This document shows, one piece after another, positions 1-12,883 of a DNA stretch of 64,000 nt. Positions within the stretch are counted from its first letter, which is position 1, and every line of letters starts with the position of its first letter. This DNA comes from Pristiophorus japonicus (Eukaryota). The notes beneath the pieces are model-generated. The model ran no database searches, was not told the DNA's origin, and saw only the letters and a program-made list of their open reading frames with translations. The stretch covers positions 37,758,001 through 37,822,000 of the forward strand of contig NC_091995.1 of NCBI RefSeq assembly GCF_044704955.1, read 5' to 3'. The translations under genes were made by a program, and so were the position numbers.

Positions 1-172
1 TGTCTGGATCTGAATTATCAGAAGGACGCAATCTATGGGATTGATTGATCAGAATGCTTCAGTTCCTATGTCTAAATTATCAGAAACACACATGGTCTGG
101 TTGTGAATTGTAAGAAACACCCACTGTCTGCGAGCAAATTATTAGTTGGCCACACAATCTGTGTCAAGACGA
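1..172 (-). repeat. Satellite A (~31-bp degenerate monomer), left-arm orientation
   Basis: Tandem variants of ggtctgaattatcagaaacacccactgtctg; reverse complement of the monomer in 4095-14530. Confidence 0.85.
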
Positions 173-174
173 CA

Positions 175-1010
175 ATAATAAACTTGAAGAATAGGCATAT
201 AATTGAAAAATTAATTTCAACTGAGATAAATGTGAGGAACGACATTTTGGTAAGAAAATTGGGAGATCAAATATTACTTGGTAAGTACGAATATAACTGA
301 GGTAGAAGAGCAAAAGAATCTCGGATTACCAATACACGAGTCACTGAAAGTAGCGACACACATTCACAAGACTGTAAAAAAGCAAACCATCAACTATGGT
401 TTATTTCCAGAGGGATTGAGTTGAAAAGTAAATAAGTTATGTTAAACTTGTACTGGACCTTGGTTAGATCACATGAAGCGTAATGCATACAATGCTTGTC
501 GCTAAATTATTAAAAGGAGATAGAGCCACTAGAGAGGATACAAAAAAAAACACACAAGGATGATACCAGAAATGCCTATCAGGAAAGGATGAAAATGTCA
601 AATATAATATCTCTTCAAAATAGAAGGCTGAAGGATGATCTAATAGATTTCTTTAAAATTCGGAAAAATTTTGCCAGATTATTGCAGAGAGAATGTTTGC
701 ACTTGTGGGGAAGAGCAAACCTAGAGGCCATCACTATAAGATAGTCAGCAAGAAATAAAATAGTGAATTCCGAAGGAACGTCCTTACCCAGAGAGTGGTG
801 AGAATGTGGAACTCGCTTCTGCAGAGAATGGTTGAAGCAAATATTAAAGATGCATTTAAGGGGAGGAAGGATAATCATAAATGGGAGAAGGGAATAGAGG
901 ATTACGCTGACAGAGTTAGATGAGGAAAGACGGGAGGATGTTCATTTGGAGCATAAATGGCGGCATGGTCTGTTTATTTGCCGTATATCCTATGTGATCC
1001 CATGTGTTAT
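175..1010 (+). mobile_element. Degenerate 5'-truncated CR1 LINE (ORF2 3' end) inserted in the satellite
   Basis: CR1-like segments such as ccagagagtggtgagaatgtggaactcgct (QRVVRMWNSL) and a tail-like tcctatgtgatcccatgtg; many stops. Confidence 0.75.
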
Positions 1011-1840
1011 CAAAAAAGACACTGTCTGCATCCGAATTGTTATAAGCACCCACTGTCTGGGTCTGAATTATCAGAAATACGGACTTGCCGGTTTGAGTTA
1101 TCATAAATACTCGTTTTCTGGGACTGATGTATCAGAAGGACCCATCTTTGGGTCTGAATTATCATAAATATCTCCTGTCTGGGTTTTAATTATCAGAAAT
1201 GCCCACTGTCTTGATCTGTATTATCAGAAGGAAAGACTCTCTTGATCTGAATTATTAGGAATGCCCAATATTGGTCTGAATGATCAGAAAAGCCCACTGT
1301 CTTGGCCTGTATTATGAGAAGGGAACACTGTGTGGGTCTGATATATTAGAAACATCCACTATCTTTGAATGATCAGGAAGACCTATTGTTTTGGTCCGAA
1401 CTATCCGATACACCCACTGTATGGTTCTGAATTATAAGAAACACAAAATGCCTGGGTCTGAATTAAAAAGAAGCACTCACTGTCGGGTGTGAATTATCAG
1501 AAATACCCAATGTCTGTGTTTGAATTATCAGAAGGACCCACTATCTGGCACGGAATTATTAGAAACACGCACTTTCTGGGTCTGTTTCATCAGAAGGAAA
1601 CACAGTCTGGGGCTGAACTACTTGAAGGACGCACTACCTGTGTTTGAATTATCAATAACACCCGCGGTCTGGGTCTGAACTTTCAGAATCATCCGCTGTG
1701 TGGATCTGAATAATCAGAAGGTAACACAGTTTGGGTCCCAATTATCGGAAAGTTCCATGTTTGGCTCTGAATTTCAGAAACACATACTGTCTTGTCTGAC
1801 TTTGAATTATCAGCAGCACCCACGGTCTGTGTCTATATTA
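1010..1840 (-). repeat. Satellite A (~31-bp monomer), left-arm orientation
   Basis: Continuous tandem variants of cccactgtctgggtctgaattatcagaa. Confidence 0.9.
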
Positions 1841-1844
1841 ACAG

Positions 1845-4090
1845 ATAGGGATCCAGGTATCGATTAAATGCACAGGTTAGGTTCTTTAAGTTTGCAGATT
1901 AACTTCCTTGGTCCTTTAAATAGACAGATCAGGTTCGATGGGGACTTTGAGATACAGTGATTGAATTCTGGAGGAATCTTTAAATACACAGATTGTGATC
2001 CGGGTTCCTTTCAATACACAGCTCGAGCTTGGGGGTCCTTTAAATAAAGAGAGCGAGTCTGTAGGTCCTTTAAATATACAGATCGGGTTTTCTGGTTCAT
2101 TTAAATGAACAGCTGAGACAGTGGGAATCATTTCAATCCACAGATCTGGATTTGTGGGTGTCCTTATATAAACAGATCAAGTTTGGCGTCCCTTAAATGA
2201 ACAGATTGGGTTTCAGTGGTTCCTTAAAATGCACAAATCGAGCTATGTGGGGTCATTTAAGTACACAGATGGTGTTCTGGCAGTTGCTGTGAAGATAAAG
2301 ATCCCAATCCTGGGCTCCTTTAAATTGGCAGATTCCGTCCAGTATGTGCTTTATATACTTGGATGAGGTTCCGGATTCACCTTTAAATACAGAGCTCGGG
2401 TCTGGATTCGTGATTAAATACACCATTCCGGTTTCAGATTCAGCTTTAAATACACAGCTCGGGTTCAGGATTCAAGTAAAAATGCACAGCTCAGGTTCCG
2501 GATTCATGTCTAAATATATAGCTCAGGTTCCCGATTAATGTGCAAATACACAGCTCGAGTTCTGGATTCATGTCTCAATACACAGCTCGAATTCTGGATT
2601 CATGTCTCAATACACAGCTCGGGTTCTGGATTAAAGTCCAAATACATAACTTGGTTTCCAGATTAATTTCTAAATACAAAGCTCAGTTTCTGGATTAATG
2701 TATAAATACATAGCTCCGGTTCCGGATTCAAGTCTAAATATACATCTCGAATCCTGGATTAATGTCTAAATACACAGCTGGTGTTCCGAATTCATGTCTA
2801 AATGCACAGCTCGGATGTCGTTGGTGGTTGGTCCTTTAAACACGCTGAGCAGATTCCTGGCTGCCTTAAAATGCACTGATGTGTCCTTTAAATATACAGA
2901 ACGGGTTTTGGTTAGGTGTTGAGGTGGCGGTCCTATAAACGCAAAGATTGGAATACCAGGGTCCTTTACATGTGCAGATTGCCATCTGGCGTGCCCTTTT
3001 ATGCACATATCATTTTCCGGGGGTCCTTTATACTGGGTTCCACAGGGTTTTTTAAATACACTGATCGGATTCAGGATTCTTCTTTGAATATATACATCTT
3101 GTTCCTGCAGTCCTTTAAAAAGACAGATCATGTGCTTGGGCTCCTGTGTATACCACAGCTCGGGTCCTTTCAGCAAGTGATCATGTTCCGGGTCCCATTT
3201 AAATACACAGATCAAGGCCTGAAAATGTCCTTTAAATAAACAGATCAACAATTTGATTCAGTTAAATAAACAGATTGCTTTCCGCTGGGACCTTTAAATG
3301 AATTTATGTGTTCTGTGGACAAAATTAACACACAAATCATTTTCTGGGGCTTCTTCAAATACAGATCGGCTTCCTGGATTCCTTTAAATACTCAGCTTGA
3401 ATTCCAGGGGTGCCTTAAATATACAGATAGTGTTCAGGCGCTGCTTTAATTACAGAGCGGGTTCCGCGGGTCCTTCAAATACACAGAGCGAATCCGCGAT
3501 ATTCTTGAAATACATAGATCAGATTCGGGAGGCGGGGCGGGGTTCTATAAATGCAAAGGTCGGAATCCCCGTGTCCTTTAAAATTGCAGAATGCATTCCA
3601 GCGGCTCACTTAAATCTAAAGATTTGATTCCATCTGGTCCTTTAAATACACTAATTGGATGCCGGCTGCTTCTTTAAATATACAGATCATATTCCGGGGG
3701 TCCTTCAAAAGCACATATCGCCTACCAGGTTATTTTAATGCACAGATCTGGTTCCGGGTGTTCAGGTCAATACACAGATTGAGATCCTGATGATCCTAAG
3801 TATAGCTATCAATGTTTGTGGGGCTTCCTTAAATCTGCACATAATGGTCTGTTGGACCATTAAATACGGAGCCCAGATTCCGGGGTGCCCTTTTAATATA
3901 CATATCAGGTTCTGGGGGTCCTTTAAATAATCAGATCCATTTGCGGGGGTGTCCTTCAAAAGCACAGATTCGGTTCCAGTGTCACTTTGTATACCTAGAT
4001 CATCTTACAGGAGTCCTTTAAGTGCACGGACCAATGTCTGGGGGGGGGGGGGGGCGGTTTAAATGCACAGATCAGGTTCCAGGCTCCTAA
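1845..4090 (+). repeat. Satellite B (~30-32-bp monomer, gggtcctttaaatacacagatcaggttcc-like)
   Basis: Recurrent cctttaaatacacagatc core; includes a more homogeneous 32-bp sub-array ttc(c/t)ggattcatgtctaaatacacagctc(a/g)gg at ~2375-2812. Confidence 0.85.
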
Positions 4091-4686
4091 AATATTGGTT
4101 TTTCTGGTAATTCAGACACAGCGGTTGTTCCTTCTGATTAGTCAGACCCAGACAGTGTGAGTTACTGATAACTCACACCGAAACAATTCTGTCCCAGACA
4201 CTGCATAGTTTTGATAATTCAGACAGTGGGTCCTTGTGATAATTAAAACACAGTGAGTCGTTCTGAGAAAACAGACTCAGTCAATTGATTGTTCTGATAA
4301 ATCAGGCGCAGAGACTGTGGCATTCTGATAAATCTGAACCAGATAGTTTGTATTTCTTATAATTCAGCACCAGACATGATGTCCTTCTGAAATGTCAGAT
4401 ACAGAAATTGGCTTTTCTGATAATTCACACTTAGACAGACTGACCATCTAATAATTCATAAACAGACATTGTGCATTTCTGAAAATTCATTCCAGAGAGT
4501 GTGTCTGACTGATAGTTCAGACCAAGACAGTGTGTTTTTTGATCATTCATACACAGACAGTGGCTTCGTCCGGTAACTTAGACCCGGGCAGTGGGTACTT
4601 CTGATAATTAAAACACAGACTTTGATCCTTTTGAAAATTGAGATCCAGACAGTGTGCATTTCGGATAATTCAGACCCAGACAATGC

Positions 4687-4900
4687 CATCATCATCATAG
4701 GCAGTCCCTCGGAATCGGGGAAGACTTGCTTCCATTCAAAAAATGAGTCCTTAGGTAGCTGAACAGTCCAATACGAGAACCACGGTCCCTATCACAGGTG
4801 GGACAGATAGTCGTTGAGGGAAAGGGCGGGTGGGACTGGTTTCCGAAAGCTCTTTCTGATGCCTGCACTTGAATTCTGCATGCTCTCAGCGATGAGGCCC
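4687..4900 (-). mobile_element. RTE-clade LINE 3' fragment
   Basis: Minus strand reads TTICPTCDRDRGSRIGLFSYLRTHF (RTE-type C-terminal zinc-finger-like motif), then a short 3' UTR and a (gat)n tail. Confidence 0.8.
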
Positions 4901-7900
4901 ATTGACACCTGGGAGACAGTGTGAGTTACTGATAACTCACAACCAGACAATGAGTGCTTATGATAAGTCTGACCCAGGCTGAGTACAGTTAGGATAATTC
5001 AGACCAAGACAGTTGGTCCTTCTCCTAATTCAGAGACAGATATTGATTCCGTCTGATAATTCATTTCCAGACGGTGTGTGTTTCTGACATTTTAGAGCCA
5101 GTCAGTGGTCCTGCTGACATATCAGCGCCAGACAAATGATTCATCAGGTAACATACACCCAACAGTGTGTCTGTCTCATAATTCATACCAAGATAAAGAG
5201 TACTTAATACATTTCTGACACAGGCAGTGAGTATGCATGGAAATTCTGACCCCTACATTTTGCGTTTCGAATAATTATGTTCAGATACTGTGTCCGTCTG
5301 ATAATCATGACTCAGACAACTGCTCCTTCAGATGAAATATACTCGACCAGTGTGGCCTTCTGATAATTGGCTCCCAAACAGTGGGTGTTTCTTATAATTC
5401 AGAACCAGACAGTGCTTCTAGCAGATAATTCATACCAAGTCAGAGGGTGTTTCTTATCATTCAGAGTCAGAGAGTTGCTTCTTCTGATCATTCAGACTCA
5501 GACATTGGGTCCTTATAATAATTCAAAGCAAGATAATGTGTGTTTCTTAAATTTCAGGCATAGCCATGGCTCCTTCTTATCATTAAAACTCAGTCAGTTG
5601 GTCCTTGTGTTAATTTAGTCCCAGACAGTGGGTGTTTGTTCAATTTCAGGCGCTGACAGTGGCACCTTCTGATAAATCAGGCCCACAGAGTAAGTAGAAA
5701 CTTCTGATAATTCAGACCTAGCCAATGGATGCTTCTCATATTTCAGCTGCAGACAGTGAGATTTCTGATCATTTGGATCCAGACAGTGGGTGTTTCTGAT
5801 AAATCAGACCCAGGCAGTGTGCGTTTCTGACAATTCACATGAAGACAGTGAATGTTTGTTACTATTCGATCCCAGACAGTGTATGATTTGGATAATTCAG
5901 ACCCAGGCAGTGGGTCATTCTGATAATTTAGACACAGACATTGAGTCATTATGATAATCCAGACACAGACAATTGATCGTTCTGATACATCAGACCCATT
6001 CAGTGCGGTTTTCTGATAATTCAGACCCAGATAGTTGCTGTTTCTTATAATTCAGCATCATACAGTATGTCCTTCTTATACTTCAGATGCAGAAAATGGC
6101 TTTTCTGATAAGTCAGACTTTGCCAGTGTGGCGTTTCTAATAATTCAGTCCAGACAGTCTGCCCTACTGATAATTCAGGCTCAGACAAAGTTTTTTAATG
6201 ATAATTCAGACGCAGACAATGGCTTCTTCTCGTGATTTAGACACAGACGTTGGATCCTTCTTATAAATTCAGTCACGGGGTCGATCCTTCTGATAAATCA
6301 GATCAAGAAATAAGTTTCTGATAATTCAGACCCAGTCAATCTATGTTACTGATAACTCACACCAAGACAGTGAGTGTTTAAGATTATTCTGACACAGATA
6401 ATGTATAGTTTTGATAACTCAGGCCAAGGCAGATGGCCCTTCAGTTAATTCAAACCAATACATTGGTTCCAGCTGATAATTGAGTCCCAATCAATGTGTA
6501 TTCCTGAAATTTCAGAGCCCATCAGTGGTCCTGTTTATTATATCAGGCCCAAGCAATGGGCTTTGAAGTAACTTACACCCAGACAGTGTGCCTGTCTTAT
6601 TATTCAGACCAAGAGAAAGAGTGCTTTTGATATTTCCAACCCAGACCGTGAGTATGTATAACAATCCTGACCCATACATTGTGCGACTTTAATAATTAAG
6701 ATCCAGAGACTGGGCCCTTATGATAATCGAAACTCAAACTAATGGTCCTTCAGATGAATCAATCCAGAGCATTGTGGCCTTCTGATAATTGAGGACCAGA
6801 AAGAGGGTATTTTGATAATTCACATGAATACAGTGAGTATTTATGACATTTAGAAACCAGACAGTGTGTGTTTCTGACATTTCAAGTGCAGACAGTGAGT
6901 AATTGTGACAATTTGGAACCAGACAGTGCATGCTTCTGATAATTCACAGGCAAACAATGAGTGCTTATGACAATTCTGGCACAGACAGCGTTAGTTTCTA
7001 CAAATCAGACCCACACAGTGGGACCTTCTGATGATTCAGACACAGAGAGTGGGTCCTTTCAGCAAGTCAGAATCAGACAATTGTTCGGTAAGAGACCCAG
7101 ACAGTCGATTTTCCTTAACATTCTGTAACATACTGTATTTTCTTCTGACAGGCAGACAATGGCTTTTGTGATAATTCAAACTTAGCCAGTGGTGCCGTCT
7201 GTTAATTCCGAAAAAGACATGGTGTGTTTCTGATAATTCAGTCCAGAGAGTGTGTCTTACTAATAATTCAGACCCAGAAAGTATATAATTTTTATAATTC
7301 AGTTGAAGGAGTGTGTCGAATTGATAAATCAGACCCAGACAGTGGTGGTTTACCATAATTCAGACATTAACAGTGGATTCATCCGATAATTTAGATCCAG
7401 GCAGTTGGTCCTTCCGATAATTCAGACACAGAGTTTGGTTCTTCCGATAAGTCAGATCCAGAGAGTGGGTGTTTCTGATAATTCACACCCAGACTGTGTG
7501 ATTTACAGATAAATAACACCCAGACAGTGAGTGTTTACGAAAAATCTGACACAGACAGTGTATGGTTTTGATAATTCAGAACAAGACAGATGGTCCGTCT
7601 GATAATTCAGACCCAGACATAGATTCCGTCTGGTAATTCAGACCCAGGCACTGGGTGATTCTTATAATTCAGGCATGGACAATGGCTCCATCTGATAATG
7701 CAGACACAGAATGTGGGGCCGTCTGATCCTTCAGATGCAGACCATGGGAGGTTCTTAATTTCATGCAAATAAAGTGGCTACTTCTGATAAATCAGACGCA
7801 GAAAATATATCCATCTGTTAATTTAGAGCTGGCCAGTAGGTTTTTCCTTGTGTTTCAGATGCAGGCAGTGTATTTTCTGGTAAATCAGTTCCAGACAGTG

Positions 7901-10900
7901 GGTGTTTCTGATCATTCACAAGCAGACAGTGAGTATTTATACCATTTCTGAACAAGATAATGGGTATTTCTGATAATTCACATGCAGACAGTGAATGTTT
8001 ATGAAAAATCTGGACCAGGGCCATGTTGGTTTTGATAATTCAGACACAGAGGGTGGGACCTTCTGATACTTCTGACACAGACATTGGGTCCTTCCTATAA
8101 TGCAGATTTAGAGTCTTGATTGTTCTGATAAATCAGACCGAGACAGTGCGGTATTCTAATAATTCATAGCCAGCGAGTTGCTGTTTGTTATATTTCTGCA
8201 CGACAGAATATCCTTCTGACACTTCACATGTAGACAATGGCTTTTCAGTTAATTCAGACTCAGACAGGGGTTCATTTGATAAAATTGACCCAGACAGCAT
8301 ATGGATTTGCTAATGCAGTCCAGATAGTTTGTCCTACTGATAATTCAGATGGAGAAGGTGGTGTTAATGGTAATTCAGACACAGCTATTGGCTTCGTCTG
8401 GTAATTTAGCCTCAGACAATGAATCCTTCTGATAATTCAGACACAGAATTTGGTTCTTCTGATAATTCAGATCCAGATTGTAGGTGTTTACCATCATTCA
8501 AATCCAGACAGTTTGAGTTCCTGATAAATCATAACCAGACTTTGAGTGTTTATAATAATTCTGACCCAGACAGTTGATAGATTTCCTAATTCCGGTCATG
8601 ACATTTGGTCCTTCTGAAATTTCAGACACAGACACTGGGTATTTCTTATAATTTAGTCACACACAGTGGCTCGATCTGATAACGCAGTCTTCGACACTGG
8701 GCCCATCTGATCATTCGTGGGAGGTTCTTAACTTTCATGCAGATAAAATGACTACTTCTGACAAATCAGATGCAGGGAGTAGGTCGTTCAGATAATTCAG
8801 TCCTTGCAAGTCTGTTTTTCTCATATTTCAGATGCAGACGGTGGTATTTCTGATAAGTCAGTTCCAGACAATGGGTGTTTCTGATAATCCACATGCAGAC
8901 AGTGAGTATTTATGCCAATTCAGAGCCAGTCAGGGAATATTTATTATAATTTCCATGCAGAAGTGACTGTTTATGACAATTCTGACCCAGTCATTGAGGG
9001 CTTTTATAATTCAGACACAGATTGACGGACCTTCTGATAAGTCAGACACAGACATAGGGTCCTTCATATAATCCAGATTCAGACAATTGATCGTTCTGAC
9101 AAATCAGAGAGTGAGGCTTTTTGATAATTCAGACCCAAAGGGTTGGTGTTCCTTTTTATTCAGCTCCAGACAGTATGTACTTCTGAGACTTCAGATGCAG
9201 ACAATGGCTTTTTTTATCATTTGAACTTAGACCGAGGGGCCGTCTGATATTTCCGTCTGATAATTCTCACCCAGTCATGGTGTGTTTCTAATAATCTAGT
9301 CCAGACAATGTGTCGTACTGAAAATTCAGACCCAGACTTCTCATAATTCTGATACAGACATTGCTCCTTCTGAACATCCAGATCCAGATAGTGGGTGTTT
9401 CTGATTAATTCGACACAGACAGTGTGAGTTCTCACATCCAGACAGTGAGTGTTTATGATAATTCTGAACCAGACAGTGTATGGTTTTGATAATTGAAACC
9501 AAGACAGATGTTCCTTATTATAATTGAGACCCAGACATTGGTTCCATCTAATAATTCAAGGCCAGAAAGCATGTGTTTATGACAATTTAGAGCCAGTCAG
9601 TGATCCTGCTGAAAAATCAGGCCCAGACAGATAGTCCTTCAGGTAAGTTACACACAGACAGTTTTTCGTTCTGATAATTCAGACCAAGACACAGTGTGCT
9701 TCCGATATTTCAGTCCCAGATGGTGAATATTTATGACAATTCTGACCCCTACATTGTGCAATTCTGATAATTCAGTTTTATACACTGGGTCCTTCTGATA
9801 ATCCAGACTCAAACTGAAGTTTCTTGAGATCAATCAGACCCGGACAGTGTGGTCTGCTGATAATAGAAACACTGACAGTGGGTGTTTCTTATCATCCCGA
9901 CACAGATACATGTCCATCTGGAAATTCAGTCCCAGACAGTGGGCAGTAATTCTAATTCAGGCACAGACAGCGGGTCCACCTGATGATGCAGGCGGAGAGT
10001 GGGCCTTTCGAAAATTCAGACATAGACAGTGGGAGTTTGCAAAATTTCAAGCAGATTATATTGGCTAGTTCTGATAAATCAGACTCAGAGAGTATGTCCA
10101 TGTGATAATTCACACCAAGCCACTAGATCCTTCCCATATTTGAGATGCAGGCAGTGGGATTTCGGAAAAGTCAGTTAGAGACAGTGGTGTTTCTGATCAT
10201 TAATCACAAGACAGTGGGGGGTTAATACAAATATGGGCCAGACATTGTTTATTTGGTTAACTCACATGCAGACAGTGAGTGTTTATGATAATTCTGACCC
10301 AGGATTTGCATGGTTTTGCTCAATCAGGCACAGACAGTGGGACCATCCAATAATTCAGAAACAGGCATTGGGTCCTTTCGGTAAACCAGACTCAGAAAAT
10401 TCATCATTCTGATAAATCACACAGAGCCAGTGAGGCTTTCTGATAATTCAGACCCAGATCGTCGGTGGTTCTTAACTTCAGACCCAGACAGTGGATCCGG
10501 AAGATCATTCATACCATGATAGTGGGTGTTTCTCATCATTCCGACGCAGACAGTGGCTCATTTTGATCATTGACACTCTGGCAGTGGAAAGTTTTTAAAA
10601 TCAGGCAGATAACGTGGTTCTTCTGATAAATCAGACCCAGAGTGAAGTTCACATTGATAAATCTGACCTAGCAAATAGGTCATTCTCATAGTTCCTCTGC
10701 AGACAATGGGATTTATTGTCATTCAGATCCAGACAGTGGGTATTTTTGATAAATCAGACCAAGACAGAGGCGTTTTTGATCATTCACATGTAAACAGTGA
10801 GTATTTATGACAATTCTGAACCAGACAATAGGTGTTTCTGATAATTCACATGCGGACAGTAAATGTTTACGAGAATTCTGACCCAGACAGTGTATGGGTT

Positions 10901-11966
10901 TGATGATTGAGACCTGGACAGTGGGTCCTTCTGATAATCCAGACTCATAAAATTGATTGTTCTGACATATCAGACACAGAACGATTGGCTTTCTGATCAT
11001 CAGGCCCAGACAGTAGTTGTTTATTATCATTCAGACGCAGATAGTGGCTCATTCTGATCATTGACACCCAGGAAATTGAATGTTCTTAAAATCCAGGCAG
11101 ATAATGTGATACTTCTCATAAATCAGACCCAGACATTAGGTCATTCTGATAATTCTGACCCAACTAATAGGTCATCATCTTACTTCAGCAGCAGACAATG
11201 GGATTTCTGGTCGTTCAGATCCAGGCAGTGGGTGTTTCTGTTAATTCATACCCATACACAGTGCATATCTTGAAATTTCTGTAGACAGTGAGTATTTATG
11301 ACATTTCTGAACCAGCAATCAAACATTTCTGATAACTCACATGCAAACAGTGAATCTTTACGACAATTGTGACCCAGACAGTGCATGGTTTGATAATTCA
11401 GACCCAGACAGTGGGTCCTTCCAATAATGCAGACTCGGAAAATTGATCATTGTGACAAGTCAGACCAAGGCAGAGTGGCTTTCTGATGACTCAGACCAAG
11501 ATAGTTGGTGTTTCTTATAATTCAGACTCAGACATGATGTGCTGATGATACTTCAGATGCAGGCAATGTCTTTTCTGATAATTCTTATTTAGACAGTGTG
11601 GCCATCTGATAATTCATACCGAGACTTGTTGCTTTTCTGATAATTGAATTCAGACAATATGTACCACTGATAATTCAGGTCCAGATAGTGGGTTTTTATG
11701 ATAATTGAGTTCAGACAGTATGTACTACTGATAATTCATACCCAGACAGTGTTTTTTATGATAATTGAATTCAGACAGTATGTACTACTGATAATTCATA
11801 CCCAGACAGTGGGTTTTTATGATAATTGAATTCAGACAGTATGTACTACTGATAATTCATACCCAGACAGTGTGTTTTTATGATAACTGAATTCAGACAG
11901 TATGTACTGCTGATAATTCAGGTCCAGACAGTGGGGTTTTATGATAATTGAATTCAGACAATATGT

Positions 11967-12883
11967 GGCAGTGTGAGCTGCGAGGAGGATGCTGTGAGGC
12001 TGCAGAGCGACTTGGATAGGTTAGGTGAGTGGGCAAATGCATGGCAGATGAAGTATAATGTGGATAAATGTGAGGTTATCCACTTTGGTGGTAAAAACAG
12101 AGAGACAGACTATTATCTTCATGGTGACAGATTAGGAAAAGGGGAGGTGCAAAGAGACCTGGGTGTCATGGTACATCAGTCATTGAAGGTTGGCATGCAG
12201 GTGCAGCAGGCGGTTAAGAAAGCAAATGGCATGTTGGCCTTCATAGCAAGGGGATTTGAGTACAGGGGCAGGGAGGTGTTGCTACAGTTGTACAGGGCAT
12301 TGGTGAGGCCACACCTGGAGTATTGTGTACAGTTTTGGTCTCCTAACCTGAGGAAGGACATTCTTGCGATTGAGGGAGTGCAGCGAAGGTTCACCAGACT
12401 GATTCCCGGGATGGCGGGACTGACCTATCAAGAAAGACTGGATCAACTGGGCTTGTATTCACTGGAGTTCAGAAGAATGAGAGGGGACCTCATAGAAACA
12501 TATAAAATTCTGACGGGGTTAGACAGGTTAGATGCAGTAAGAATGTTCCCAATGTTGGGGAAGTCCAGAACCAGGGGTCACAGTCTAAGGATAAGGGGTA
12601 AGCCATTTAGGACCGAGATGCGGAGGAACTTATTCACCCAGAGAGTGGTGAACCTGTGGAATTCTCTACCACAGAAAGTTGTTGAGGCCAATTCACTAAA
12701 TATATTCAAAAAGGAGTTAGATGAGGTCCTTACTGCTAGGGGGATCAAGGGGTATGGCGAGAAAGCAGGAATGGGGTACTGAAGTTGAATGTTCAGCCAT
12801 GAACTCATTGAATGGCGGTGCAGGCTAGAAGGGCCGAATGGCCTACTCCTGCACCTATTTTCTATGTTTCTATGTTTCTATGT
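11967..12883 (+). mobile_element. Young 5'-truncated CR1 LINE (open ORF2 C-terminus plus 3' UTR)
   Basis: Uninterrupted 269-aa ORF 11973-12782 (LQSDLDRLGEWANAWQMKYNVDKC...RPHLEYCVQFWSP...FTQRVVNLWNSLP) and a (ttctatgt)n tail. Confidence 0.95.

Noticed and set aside
103-11273. Many 60-160-aa ORFs in the satellite and adjacent CR1 debris
   Set aside because: Translations mirror the repeat period (IIQTQT, FKGP) or TE antisense strands; no coding signature.
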